Virus record (IMG/VR): IMGVR_UViG_3300046782_000843
Direction: 5' to 3' (one strand)
DNA length: 64,000 bases
Source: a virus
Made by a program: the position numbers and the translations under genes. Shown here one piece after another: positions 1 through 9,184 of this stretch. Under the pieces are notes generated by a model. It did no database searches. It saw only the letters and a program-made list of their open reading frames with translations, and was not told where the DNA came from. Every line of letters begins with the position of its first letter. Position 1 is the first letter of the stretch.

Positions 1-796
1 CGCCGGGGCAGTACTGCGACATCGTGATCGTCGCCTTGTCGAACTTCATGCCCGGCCAGTTGATCTCGGGCTGGGTGGTGTCGATGATCTGGTGCGGCAG
101 GAAGTTCTCGGCGATGAACCCCATGCAGCGGTTGGTGGTGATGCCGATGCCGGGCGCCTCGTTGCCGAGGATGCACGAGAAGTAGGAGTGACGCAGGACG
201 CGGTAGGAGATCGGCGCACCGGCGAGGTCCGAGGCGATCAGGCCGGTCGGCGGGTCGAGCGCGGGCGAGACGTCGGCGCGCGTCTGACCGCCGTAGGAGG
301 GGAAGGATTGCCCCGTCCACGAGGTGTCGCCGGTCTTGCAGAGCGCCTCTTCCAGACCGTTGATCTCCGCCGAGCGGTCGTCACCGGCGAGCGCCTGGCC
401 GTGGTGGAAGGCGGCTATTTCGAGGATCGCCGACATAGTCAGGGAGGCTTGCGCCATGTCGGTGCGGATGACACTGAAGGCCGCGCGCGGCCCGGCGAGT
501 TCGACTTCGAGGTCTTCGAGGAACTCGGTCACGCCCACCTGGTAGTAGCGCGGGCCGAAGAGCAGACCGGTGCGGGTCTGACGGCGGATGGTGTCGAAGC
601 TGGTGCCTTTCTTGTAGGCGCCGCCCTTCATGGGTTTGTACATGAAGTTTTCTTGAATCTGGGGCCCGATCCACTTGCGGGAGAAGCGGGCCTTGGCCAT
701 CGCGATGAAGGGACCGGCCTTGAAGTAGCCGTCCACGACGCCAGGCTCGATCTCTTTCGTTACGGTGGTGTTGACTTCGTCGAGTTGAATCGCCAC
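1..796 (-). CDS. putative major capsid protein, N-terminal ~265 codons (gene continues past left edge)
   Basis: The frame is open from GTG 796 (AGGAGG upstream) to base 1 with no stop, so it is absent from the supplied ORF track. Hand translation starts VAIQLDEVNTTVTKEIEPGVVDGYFKAGPF. Third codon positions are G/C-rich. It lies directly after the scaffold-like gene. Function is from synteny only. Confidence 0.5.
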   Translation of the reverse strand, partial: MAIQLDEVNTTVTKEIEPGVVDGYFKAGPFIAMAKARFSRKWIGPQIQENFMYKPMKGGAYKKGTSFDTIRRQTRTGLLFGPRYYQVGVTEFLEDLEVELAGPRAAFSVIRTDMAQASLTMSAILEIAAFHHGQALAGDDRSAEINGLEEALCKTGDTSWTGQSFPSYGGQTRADVSPALDPPTGLIASDLAGAPISYRVLRHSYFSCILGNEAPGIGITTNRCMGFIAENFLPHQIIDTTQPEINWPGMKFDKATITMSQYCPG

Positions 797-844
797 GAGT
801 GCCTCCTGCGGCTGCGAGGGCGCGGGAGCGCGCTCGCGGGTGGT

Positions 845-1630
845 CTAGGTTTGTTTGGCGGCCACCAGCCGCTCGTACTCCGCGACCGCAGAGTCGAGCG
901 TGTGTTGCGCGGGGCCGTCTTTGGTCGAGAGCACGTCGAGCGGCGAGGACTCGGAGCGCAGCGGGAAGGGCTGCGATGCCGAGGCGCGCGTGCGATCGAG
1001 CACCCGCTTTTCGACCTCGTCGTTGATGCGCTTGTCTTCGGCTTCCTTCTGGCGCGCGACGAGCCGGTCGCCGTACTTCTCCTGGTAAGCGTCTTGGAGC
1101 GAGTAGACCCGGCCCGGTTGCCCGATGATCGGGCGCCCGAGTTTCGGGTTCTGCACCAGCTCGGTCATGTCGAGCGGCTCGTTGAAGACATGCCGGTGCC
1201 AGTCGCCTTGCGTCGCGATGAAAGCAGAGACCGCGATATAGTCGCGGCCCGCGTCGTTCACGGCTTCTTCGGCGATGCGGCGGATGGCCGCGGGGTCGAG
1301 GGTGGAGTTGGGCTGCGGCTGGGGGTTGGGGTTGGCCGGGTGCGCGGTGGGGTCAGGGGCGCCGCCTCGCGCGGTCGCGAGCGCGTCCTGGTTCTCGGCA
1401 TACCACCCGTTGAGGCGCGTGTAGTAGTCGTTGAGCGCCTGCTCCTTCTCCCGCAGTGTGTCCATATGGCGGCTGTAGTCGCTGCGGGCGAGCGTGGAGT
1501 CACCAATCATGGTGACGGCGTCCTTCGCCTCCGCCGACTCGAATGCCGCTTGCGCCTGTGCCCGCACTCCCTCGGGGAGCTTGGCGAGCACGCCAGCCAT
1601 GAACGATTGCCCAGACTCGAATGCACCCAT
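845..1630 (-). CDS. putative scaffolding protein
   Basis: 261 aa with GAAGGAG RBS before ATG 1630. The protein is helical and charged with a Pro/Gln linker (ANPNPQPQPN). It sits immediately upstream of the capsid-like ORF. Role is inferred from position. Confidence 0.5.
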   Translation of the reverse strand: MGAFESGQSFMAGVLAKLPEGVRAQAQAAFESAEAKDAVTMIGDSTLARSDYSRHMDTLREKEQALNDYYTRLNGWYAENQDALATARGGAPDPTAHPANPNPQPQPNSTLDPAAIRRIAEEAVNDAGRDYIAVSAFIATQGDWHRHVFNEPLDMTELVQNPKLGRPIIGQPGRVYSLQDAYQEKYGDRLVARQKEAEDKRINDEVEKRVLDRTRASASQPFPLRSESSPLDVLSTKDGPAQHTLDSAVAEYERLVAAKQT

Positions 1631-1820
1631 TGCTGATCACTCCTTCGCGCGCGAGGCGAGTGCAGCGACGGCCCTTCGCAGGAGGCGAGCAAGGCCAGCC
1701 GGAGCACCTCTCGGTGCGAGCTACCAGGTGAACGGCGGTGTGGTCGGTGGAGTGGTCGGTGGAGTGGGTGTCGTCGTCGTCGGCGAGCGGGTGGTCAAGA
1801 CCCGAGCGGGAGCGGAGCGG

Positions 1821-2324
1821 TTAGATCTGCTGGATCACCGGCGAGGGGATCGAGGCGTGCGCCTCGGGCAGCGGCACCTCGCGCGCGGGCGCCAGGGCGA
1901 ACGTGACGACGTTGCTGTCGAGACCCGCGGCGGAGCGGACCAGGACCGGGATGGCCGGGTCGGGGCCGACCCACAGCGGCATGTTCCAGCCGGTGGTCAG
2001 CTCGGTGTCGGAGACGAAGACCGTCTCCTCGTCCTGCCCCGCGACGACGATGACCGAGAGGTTGTCGAAGCCGGTCCCGATCGCCCGCAGCATGAAGGAC
2101 GGGTCGCCGACACACGCGCTGAGCGGGAGGAGCTGGGTCAGGGTGGGCGGCACGGGGGCCTCGACATCGCGCGAGGCGCGCGAGCCGGGCTCGGCGTCGC
2201 TGAGCGTGCCACGCAGGCGGACGCGCCGGGGGTCGGGGGCGTCGTGGCCTGGTTTGTCGTGGTCAGGTTTATCGTGATCGGGGCGGTCATGCCCTGGTTT
2301 GTCGTGGTCAGGCTTGGTGATCAT
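1821..2324 (-). CDS. hypothetical head-module protein with N-terminal pentapeptide repeats
   Basis: 167 aa. The TAG of the upstream gene overlaps its GGAG RBS. The N-terminus is tandem (K/R)P(D/G)HD units. Confidence 0.6.
   Translation of the reverse strand: MITKPDHDKPGHDRPDHDKPDHDKPGHDAPDPRRVRLRGTLSDAEPGSRASRDVEAPVPPTLTQLLPLSACVGDPSFMLRAIGTGFDNLSVIVVAGQDEETVFVSDTELTTGWNMPLWVGPDPAIPVLVRSAAGLDSNVVTFALAPAREVPLPEAHASIPSPVIQQI
2236..2318 (-). repeat. in-frame 15-nt tandem repeat encoding (K/R)P(D/G)HD
   Basis: About five units. An exact 20-nt copy, CCTGGTTTGTCGTGGTCAGG (plus-strand reading), occurs at 2248-2267 and 2293-2312. Confidence 0.8.
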
Positions 2325-2333
2325 TGGCTGCTC

Positions 2334-2744
2334 CTAGACTGAACCCGCGCCACTGATGCCACGGTCCATGCCGCCCATGGGCGGGGCCGAACCGGCCGCG
2401 GTCGGCGAGACGGCGCCACCGCCCGATTGCATCACGCTGGCGAGGTATTGCTGAATCATGTCTTTGATGAGCGAGAGCTGTGCGGACTGGTCGGGCGTGA
2501 TCTGCGCGGCAGAGTCGAGGACGTCACTGACGCCGGACATCGCCTGGGTGAGGCCAGTGAGGACCTCGGGTGGCATGCCTGAAGAGGGGATCGAGCCTGC
2601 CAGGCCGCGCATCGAGAAGGGGCCGCCACCGCCGCCGCTCGGGCCGTTCGACATCCCGGTCGGCGAGGGCGGCGGGCCGTCGAGGGCGGAGCTGCCGGGG
2701 GTCGGGCCGAGGCCCGGGAAGCCTGCGAAGTTGGGGGAGCCCAT
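2334..2744 (-). CDS. hypothetical Gly/Pro/Ser-rich protein
   Basis: 136 aa. The start overlaps the upstream stop (TAATG), and third codon positions are G/C-rich. Confidence 0.6.
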   Translation of the reverse strand: MGSPNFAGFPGLGPTPGSSALDGPPPSPTGMSNGPSGGGGGPFSMRGLAGSIPSSGMPPEVLTGLTQAMSGVSDVLDSAAQITPDQSAQLSLIKDMIQQYLASVMQSGGGAVSPTAAGSAPPMGGMDRGISGAGSV

Positions 2745-3076
2745 TAGCGTCGGCCTCCTGACAGGGAACGGGGCGCGGTGATCGGTTTGCGCGTGGGCGG
2801 CTTGGCCACCTCGCTCGGGAGTTCGATGTCGCGGTCGCGCGAGCCGACGACGGTGCGCACCAGGTCGGAGGGGGTCGCCCCGCCTTCGAGCTGCATCGAG
2901 GCGCGGGCGCCTTCGCTGGTGTCACGGCCGAGGGGGCCGCCGATGCGGTCGCGCCGCCGGAAGGTGTTCGGGCCGAGGATGTCGCGGGCGGACTGATTCT
3001 GACCGCCGTAGTCCGAGTAGGTCCGCTCGTCGGCGAAGTCTTTCTTGTTCGCCGCGGTCTTCTGGTCCTCGGCCAT
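2744..3076 (-). CDS. hypothetical protein
   Basis: 110 aa, charged. TGATG overlap with the upstream gene. Confidence 0.6.
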   Translation of the reverse strand: MAEDQKTAANKKDFADERTYSDYGGQNQSARDILGPNTFRRRDRIGGPLGRDTSEGARASMQLEGGATPSDLVRTVVGSRDRDIELPSEVAKPPTRKPITAPRSLSGGRR

Positions 3077-3384
3077 CAGTAGCGCCCGCCGCGGCTGAAG
3101 CTGCCCTTGCCGCCCTTCTGGAAGCCCTTGCCCCCCGCGAAGGGGTTCGGACGCTTGGTCGGGGACTTGCTGGGTTTCTTGCCGCCGCCCAGGCTGACCG
3201 CGGGCGAGACGGCTAGCTCCGAGCCTTCCGAGGCGAGGTCGGGGTCGGCGCTCATGGAGGCGGCGGGGGCGGTCGCTTTCTGGAACATGGCGGTGTCTCC
3301 TGGGCGGCTGCCGCGCTGGCCGTTGCTGACGCGGCGCGTCTGCACGCGGTGGATCATGTCGTCGAAGGATTCGCCCTTTGCCAT
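3076..3384 (-). CDS. hypothetical basic disordered protein
   Basis: 102 aa with a Lys/Gly-rich tail (GGKKPSKSPTKRPNPFAGGKGFQKGGKG). TGATG overlap with the upstream gene. Confidence 0.6.
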   Translation of the reverse strand: MAKGESFDDMIHRVQTRRVSNGQRGSRPGDTAMFQKATAPAASMSADPDLASEGSELAVSPAVSLGGGKKPSKSPTKRPNPFAGGKGFQKGGKGSFSRGGRY

Positions 3385-3572
3385 CAGCGGCGGCTCAACG
3401 AGCGCGGCACGGCGGCAGGCTTGGGCGTCGCCATCCCCTTAGGCCCTTCCCACTTCTGCGAGCCGGGCTTGCCCTTGTTGATCGAGGCGTAGAAGACCCG
3501 CTCGCCCTTGTCGGCGCCGTAGGTCGACTGCATCGAGGACAGGACCTTGTTGCCCGAGGGCGTGAGCGGCAT
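3384..3572 (-). CDS. hypothetical small protein (62 aa)
   Basis: I prefer the internal ATG 3572 (MPLTPSGNKVLSSMQSTYGADKGERVFYASINKG) of track ORF 3384..3839. The upstream codons are Arg/Val-rich junk. Confidence 0.5.
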   Translation of the reverse strand: MPLTPSGNKVLSSMQSTYGADKGERVFYASINKGKPGSQKWEGPKGMATPKPAAVPRSLSRR

Positions 3573-3657
3573 GAGAGTTAGGGTCAGGGGAGACTGGGGG
3601 GCTGTCAAGAGCCCCCTGCCGGACGGGGCGCGAGGGGTCCCACACCCGGGTGAGGTG

Positions 3658-3666
3658 TGGTAGGAT
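3658..3666 (+). promoter_or_regulatory. extended -10-like element TGGTAGGAT (possible leaderless promoter)
   Basis: It has the same TGG-TAG form as the -10 regions at 21592-21600 and 45744-45752. Only 8 nt separate it from ATG 3675. There is no convincing -35. Confidence 0.3.
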
Positions 3667-3674
3667 GCATATGT

Positions 3675-4022
3675 ATGTCTACCAACACCGACGAAGACGA
3701 CGACCTCGACCTCGACGACCCGAAGTACGACCCGCCGGTCTACGACGACTACGAGGTCGTGGAGCACAACAGCTCGCTCAGCGCCGCACAGCCTGCGCGG
3801 GTCCCTCCGCCGCGTGACTACCAACTGGCGCACAGCCACTGGTACGCCGCCTTCTTCCCCATGCCGCGCCCGAGCGCGGGCTGGGCGGAGGCGCCCCCCT
3901 TCAAGTGGTGGTACGCCAACGTGTGGCCTACTCTGGCGACGAACCCGACGGTGATGGCGGCTGCGGCGCCCCCGGGGGCACCGGATGCCCCAGGGCCTGC
4001 AGACCCGCCACCAGAAGGGTGA
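3675..4022 (+). CDS. hypothetical acidic protein, reverse-oriented inside late operon
   Basis: 115 aa from internal ATG 3675 (MSTNTDEDDDLDLDDPKYDPP). The C-terminal half is Trp/Pro-rich. The 3' end overlaps the convergent 912-aa gene by 95 nt. Confidence 0.5.
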   Translation: MSTNTDEDDDLDLDDPKYDPPVYDDYEVVEHNSSLSAAQPARVPPPRDYQLAHSHWYAAFFPMPRPSAGWAEAPPFKWWYANVWPTLATNPTVMAAAAPPGAPDAPGPADPPPEG

Positions 4023-6666
4023 CCGGGATCGCGTATTTCTTCGCCAGGCGCTCTAGGCCCTGGAAGCCCTCGCCCGCGACGGTGCCGAGCAGCTCGTCGC
4101 GCATCTGACTGAGGCTGAAGCGACCGCCGGTGTCGCGCCGGAACATGGCGTCGGCCCGGCGGATACGGTCGAACATCGCGGGGGCGAACTCGTTGAACCG
4201 GTTGGTGCCCATGAGGCGAATCGGGTCGAGGAACTGCTGCCCTGCGCGGTCTACCCGGAAGTTGTTCTCCATGTAGCCGGACCCCTGTCCCGTGTCCAGG
4301 CCCGCACCCGACTCTTTCACCGTGCCGCCTAGCATCTTGACGATCTTCCTGGCCGTCGCCTTATCCATGTTGCCGAGGCGCACGCCGTCGTCAGTCGAGA
4401 TCACCGCCATCTTCCCGATGTTCGGGATGCGCAGCGCGAGCCCCTTCAGCTGCGCGTTGGTGATCGTCCCGCCAGGCAGCGCCACATCCCACAGGCCGCG
4501 TGGTGCGCCGCTGCCCGCGGGCAACAGTCTGGACCAGGCACCCACGTCCTGGCCCATACCGAGCGCGTAGGTCGCCTCGGAGGCGTTCATCAGGCGTCGC
4601 GAACCTTCGTCCATCTCCCGCGCGCCGGTCGGTCCATTCGGCATGCTCTGGGAGCCGGTGAGCACCTTGGTCTGCATCCCGGGGCTGATCTCGCCCTGGA
4701 AGAGCCCTGGGCCCTCGAACGCTCGCCCGACGAGCCCGCCGTAGCCTGCGGCGATCTGGTCACGCCCCTTGGCGTCGTAGATCCCCGCCTCGTTCATCAT
4801 GGTGTTGTGCAGGTGCTGGCGGAACGGCTCCATGCCCGATTCGAGCAGCTGTGGCATGTGGCCCGTGGTCCGCCCCGGGATCGTCTCGCGCGAGCCCTGC
4901 GCCACGAGGCCCTCGAAGTAGTTGGCGTAGGACCTGGCGGCGTCCTTGGGGTCGAGTCTGCCCGCCCGAATTTGTGCCCCGGTCCAGGCCGCGGCCTGCG
5001 ACTTCAGCTCGTCCCAGTTGGTGAACCCACCCAAAGCGCGCTGGTTCGACGTCGCGATGATCTTGTCCTGCTGCGCGTCCATCCACCGGTGCTGCGCGGG
5101 GCCGAAGCCGCTACGCATTGGCGAGCCGTCGGGGTTCATGTAGCCGTGCGCCTCGGCGTCCCAGATGTCATGGACGGCCCGCGGTGGGTCCCACCGGAGC
5201 GGAAACCCGCCGCCGCGCGCCAGGTTCTGCTGGAAGGGGTAACGCTTCGGGCCGGTGACTCCGACGGCGTCGGGGTCGAAGGGGAGGTGGTTCTCGGTGA
5301 TGCGCTTGGCCATCTCGGTCGGGTAGCGGCCTGCACGGACGAGCGCGCCCGCGTTGGCCTGGTTGTAGCCCTTCACGCCCATGCTGGTATTGCCGCTCAC
5401 CTCCGCCGTCGGGGAGGTGATCGCGAGGTCTCCCGCCACCTGATTGGCGCGCACGGGGTCGTCGTTCGCGTAGAACATGATCGCGTTGCCCGCCTCGTCG
5501 TACCAGTCACGGCCTTCTTTGCCGAGGTCCATCGTCTGCATGTAGCGCTCGCGCAGGCCGCGTTCCTGGCGCGCGTTGGTCACGCCGTAGGGCGCGCCCA
5601 CGCGCTGCTTCACACCTTCGGCGGGCGCGTTGACACGGCGGACGATTCGACTGGGCGTATAGGTCTCGCCGCGCGCGAGCGCCTGCACCTCCTCGGGCAT
5701 GGCGCGCCGGTCGCCGATCTGTGCGGCGACGCGCTCCAGGCTCGCCCTGATCTCGGGTGACATATCCGGCATCCTGTCCAGGCGTTTGAGGATGGTCTTG
5801 CTGCTGAGCAGGCCCGCAGGTTTGGCGTAGGCGTCGAGCTTCGGGAACAGGTTGCTGGCGACCTCCGCGATATTGAGGGGGGTTGCGGCTGCCGTCTCGG
5901 ACGCCCCAGCCCCCACGGGCTTCGCGCCCTGGCCCGGGCGCAGCTCGCCGGGTTCAGTGAGCAGCTCGCGTTTGGGGCCGCCGAGGTCTGGGAGCTTTAT
6001 CGCGCCCTGGTCGCTGTGATACAGCTCCCGCGCTTTGGCGAGCAGGTCGGCTCGTGCACGGGGAGAGTCAAGGACCGCATGGGTCGCGATGCCTGCCCCC
6101 AGGCCGAGCGCCTGCGCCGCCAGGTCGACATACTCCCGGGGAACGCCGAGCTTCTCGCCTGCCGCGTAGACCCCTTCGCCGACCGCGGTGCCCGCCAGAA
6201 GCGACGCGCCCACCTTCAGCGGGGCCTTGGCGATGGCGCCAGGGAGGAACACCGCCCCGGCGTCCATGCTGCCGCCCAGGATGTCGGCGGCGCCCCCTGC
6301 GGCCTCGCGCAGGGATGGTCGGGGGCCTGGCGAGGGCAACCCCCCGCGCTGCAGGAAGTCGTCGTCCTGGGGAAGCGCACGGCCCAGGACGGCCATGCCC
6401 TTGACGGCGCGCTTGACACCAGCCACGGGGTTGACGTCCGCGGCACGCGCGGCCAGGGCGGCGTTGGCGACGTCCCAGTCCGAGGGCGGCGCGGGCGGGG
6501 CGTCCAGCGCGAGCGGGTCGTCGTAGGCGTCGCCCGGGACGCGCAGGCGGGCGAGCGCGGGCTGCCCATACTGCTGCGGCGGGCGCAAGGCCTCGGGCGG
6601 CAGCGGCAGGTCGCTGGTCGCAAAGCGCGGGTCGGGCAGGACACGCTGCGGGTAGGAGTCAGCCAT
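3928..6666 (-). CDS. large hypothetical virion-module protein (912 aa)
   Basis: Starts at ATG 6666 (MADSYPQRV), 8 nt after the stop of the small membrane ORF. It is a long GC3-rich frame directly after the portal. I can name no motif. Confidence 0.75.
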   Translation of the reverse strand: MADSYPQRVLPDPRFATSDLPLPPEALRPPQQYGQPALARLRVPGDAYDDPLALDAPPAPPSDWDVANAALAARAADVNPVAGVKRAVKGMAVLGRALPQDDDFLQRGGLPSPGPRPSLREAAGGAADILGGSMDAGAVFLPGAIAKAPLKVGASLLAGTAVGEGVYAAGEKLGVPREYVDLAAQALGLGAGIATHAVLDSPRARADLLAKARELYHSDQGAIKLPDLGGPKRELLTEPGELRPGQGAKPVGAGASETAAATPLNIAEVASNLFPKLDAYAKPAGLLSSKTILKRLDRMPDMSPEIRASLERVAAQIGDRRAMPEEVQALARGETYTPSRIVRRVNAPAEGVKQRVGAPYGVTNARQERGLRERYMQTMDLGKEGRDWYDEAGNAIMFYANDDPVRANQVAGDLAITSPTAEVSGNTSMGVKGYNQANAGALVRAGRYPTEMAKRITENHLPFDPDAVGVTGPKRYPFQQNLARGGGFPLRWDPPRAVHDIWDAEAHGYMNPDGSPMRSGFGPAQHRWMDAQQDKIIATSNQRALGGFTNWDELKSQAAAWTGAQIRAGRLDPKDAARSYANYFEGLVAQGSRETIPGRTTGHMPQLLESGMEPFRQHLHNTMMNEAGIYDAKGRDQIAAGYGGLVGRAFEGPGLFQGEISPGMQTKVLTGSQSMPNGPTGAREMDEGSRRLMNASEATYALGMGQDVGAWSRLLPAGSGAPRGLWDVALPGGTITNAQLKGLALRIPNIGKMAVISTDDGVRLGNMDKATARKIVKMLGGTVKESGAGLDTGQGSGYMENNFRVDRAGQQFLDPIRLMGTNRFNEFAPAMFDRIRRADAMFRRDTGGRFSLSQMRDELLGTVAGEGFQGLERLAKKYAIPVTLLVAGLQALGHPVPPGAPQPPSPSGSSPE

Positions 6667-6674
6667 GGCGCGCC

Positions 6675-6812
6675 TCAGAAGGGATAGGACGCCGCGATCC
6701 AGGCCGCCAGGCCGAGGCAGAGCGCCCGCCAGCGCCACGGCTCATAACCCGGGGCGAGCGTGGCGGAGACGATGAAGAGCACGAGCGCAAAGGTCAACAG
6801 TACCAGATGCAT
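6675..6812 (-). CDS. small membrane protein (45 aa)
   Basis: ATG 6812 with a GGAG upstream, about 10 nt after the portal stop. Two hydrophobic helices (LVLLTFALVLFIVSATL and ALCLGLAAWIAA). Confidence 0.5.
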   Translation of the reverse strand: MHLVLLTFALVLFIVSATLAPGYEPWRWRALCLGLAAWIAASYPF

Positions 6813-6822
6813 ATGCGTCTCC

Positions 6823-8973
6823 TCACTTCTTCGACTCGGTGATCGTCGACCGGCCACCCGGCTGGTCGTTCTTGACTTCCTGCTGCGGCGGCGCCTGGCC
6901 GGAGGCTTTGCGTCCGGCGGGGTTCTCGGTCTGGCCGATACCGAGCATCGACTGGGCCTGGAGCCGCTCGGTGACGGTGACCGGGACGCGCAGCTCCATG
7001 ACCTGGCCGGTCTGGGTGATCGTGAAGGTGCGGCCGGAGGCCGGGTCGGTGTATTGCGGCATCGCCATCATGCCGGTCGCCATCGCCTGGAGCGCGCCAG
7101 GAGTCTGCTGGACCTGCTGCAACATCAGCGGCAGGACGTTGGGCGGCGGCGGCGAGATCGGCGGCAGCGGGATCGCGGGCGGCGCGCCGACGTTCGGGGT
7201 TTCGAGCGTCTCGTGCAGCGACCAGAAGTCGTAGTAGCCCATGCGCGCCAGCTGCACGCGCATCATCTTGCGCTCCTGAGCGTCCAGCGCGAGGACGCTG
7301 TTGGGCGCGACAATGAAGGTGAACTGCTTGGTGACCCACTGGGCGCGCTGGTCGCGGCTGGTGGTGGTCGCGTCCAGCTCCGGGGTGTAGCCAGGCTCGC
7401 CCGGGTGCAGCGAGGGGACGAACTGGTCGGGGTCCCAGTCGAACTCGTTGAGCATCTGGCCGCCGGTGCCGAGCACCTGGATGCGCTTCTGGGTCGAGAG
7501 GAACTGGAAGTAGTTCGACTTGACCATCTCGGAGAAGTCGCGCAGGAACAGCTCGACCTGGCGGGCTTCGTTGCGGATCTCGGGAGTGAGCGCCTCGTAG
7601 TATTTCTGGATCGTGTCGGCGCTCGGCATCTGGCGCAGCTGCAGGAGGGCGGAGAGGTTGGCGGTGCCCGAGAGGTCGGCGAACTTCTGGGTCAGCTTCT
7701 CCCACATCTCGATCCCGAGCTGGATGATCTGTGGCGCGGGGCCCTCTTCTTTTTTCCAGGGGTCGCCGAAGCCCGGCATGACCTTGACCCGCTTGCCCGG
7801 GCGGCGCGGGTCCATCAGCTTCATGGTGGCTTCGGAGACCGCGGTGCGGTTGTAGGTGATGTCGGGGTTGGTCCACTGGCGCATCGCCAGGCGGACGTCC
7901 TGGACGGTGTCGTTGATCGCGTCCTGGAGTGGGAGGAGGTCGTTGAACAGCGGGATGCCGAGGAACTGCCACGGGACCGACCACAGCTTGAGGCGGCAGA
8001 AGGGGAACATCCCGTGCCAGTAGGTGTTCGGGCCGTCGTAGATGATCGTGTCTTCGGTCGAGACCAGGAGGCGCCCGCGCGGGTAGAGCGGTTGGTTGGG
8101 CTGCGCGATGTAGGCCCAGTTGGTGCCGGGCGTGCCCATCGGGATCGGCTTGCCGGTGAGGTTGCGGGTGCGGTCCTTGAAGTAGGCGCGGTAGACGACG
8201 ATCGACCCGGCGCGAGCTTTCTTGAGGGTGCCCGCGGTGCCGGGCCAGGCGATGGAGTCGAGTGGGTCGGAGGGCGAGAGCAGGCGCGACATGCCGGTGC
8301 GGAAGCGCCCCATGACCTGACCGAGCAGCGTGTCGGTCGACGCCTTGAAGAGGTGCGACTTGGTCGGATACATCCCGCGCAGGACGTTGACCGTGTGCTC
8401 CTCGCGAAAGCAGACGCCTTCCCAGAGCTGGTTGGAGCGGCCGAAGGAGGGGCGCAGCGGGAGGGTGTCGCGGGGGTCGCGCGCGGTGAGCTGGTGGGCG
8501 CCGCCTTGCGGGGCGTGCGGGTCCCAGTCGACGACCAGGTCGCCGGTGCCGCCCGCGAGTGAGTACTTGACGCAGTCGCCCAGGTCGAGGTCCATCATCG
8601 TGGTGACCCACTCAGCCAGGAGATACTGGTTGAGCATGTTCGCCTGGACCTGATACTCGGGGTTGGCGCGCCAGCCCGCGACCGGCTTGAGGTCGGTGAT
8701 CGCCGAGACGTGCGCCTGCATCGCCTTGCGGGTCTCGTTGATGGTGACCTGCGGGAGGTAGGGCAGCTTGCAGGTTTCGGGGCTGCGCTGGTTGCCGGTG
8801 ATGTAGTCCTGGGCCTTGCCGATCAGGTCGTAGGAGGGGTCCTGGCGGTTGATCAGGTCGCCCTCCTGCACCCACTCGCGCAGCCAGTTGACCACCCGCG
8901 GGTCGCCACGCGAGAGCGAGTCGGCTGTCGCCTGCGGGAGGTCGAGCACACCGGAGGGGGAGAAGTCAGGCAT
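6823..8973 (-). CDS. portal protein
   Basis: 716 aa. Size and position (after terminase, before scaffold/capsid) fit a portal. No search was run. Confidence 0.7.
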   Translation of the reverse strand: MPDFSPSGVLDLPQATADSLSRGDPRVVNWLREWVQEGDLINRQDPSYDLIGKAQDYITGNQRSPETCKLPYLPQVTINETRKAMQAHVSAITDLKPVAGWRANPEYQVQANMLNQYLLAEWVTTMMDLDLGDCVKYSLAGGTGDLVVDWDPHAPQGGAHQLTARDPRDTLPLRPSFGRSNQLWEGVCFREEHTVNVLRGMYPTKSHLFKASTDTLLGQVMGRFRTGMSRLLSPSDPLDSIAWPGTAGTLKKARAGSIVVYRAYFKDRTRNLTGKPIPMGTPGTNWAYIAQPNQPLYPRGRLLVSTEDTIIYDGPNTYWHGMFPFCRLKLWSVPWQFLGIPLFNDLLPLQDAINDTVQDVRLAMRQWTNPDITYNRTAVSEATMKLMDPRRPGKRVKVMPGFGDPWKKEEGPAPQIIQLGIEMWEKLTQKFADLSGTANLSALLQLRQMPSADTIQKYYEALTPEIRNEARQVELFLRDFSEMVKSNYFQFLSTQKRIQVLGTGGQMLNEFDWDPDQFVPSLHPGEPGYTPELDATTTSRDQRAQWVTKQFTFIVAPNSVLALDAQERKMMRVQLARMGYYDFWSLHETLETPNVGAPPAIPLPPISPPPPNVLPLMLQQVQQTPGALQAMATGMMAMPQYTDPASGRTFTITQTGQVMELRVPVTVTERLQAQSMLGIGQTENPAGRKASGQAPPQQEVKNDQPGGRSTITESKK

Positions 8974-9184
8974 ATGCTAGTCTCTCGATCGGCGATGAAG
9001 GCTGAACGCTGTGCGTGCGGGGTGACGCTGCGAGCACACCCGGGGAAGAGTCGACGGGGACAGCTGCCCTCGTTGAAGACCGACCGCTACGGGCGTCCTC
9101 GCCCGGGGCCTGGCCGTCGCACCACCAAGCGGACGTCCGCCCGCGACACCAGCCACGACTAACCGAGAGGAGGCGACGACGACG

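Noticed and set aside
92-1636. 514-aa plus-strand ORF across the capsid/scaffold region.
   Set aside because: It is antisense to two well-supported minus-strand genes. Its Arg/Gly/Val/Ala-rich composition is typical of shadow frames in G+C-rich DNA, and it lacks an RBS.
3597-3617. TTGACA on the minus strand, considered as a promoter for gene 3384..3572.
   Set aside because: The hexamer is part of the GGGGGCT/AGCCCCC hairpin, no acceptable -10 follows at 17-19 nt, and the start codon would lie too close.
6760-8611. 600-aa (plus) and 605-aa (minus, alternative frame) ORFs overlapping the portal gene.
   Set aside because: These are shadow frames of the 716-aa portal ORF. Their translations are Arg/Pro/Gly-rich and low in complexity.
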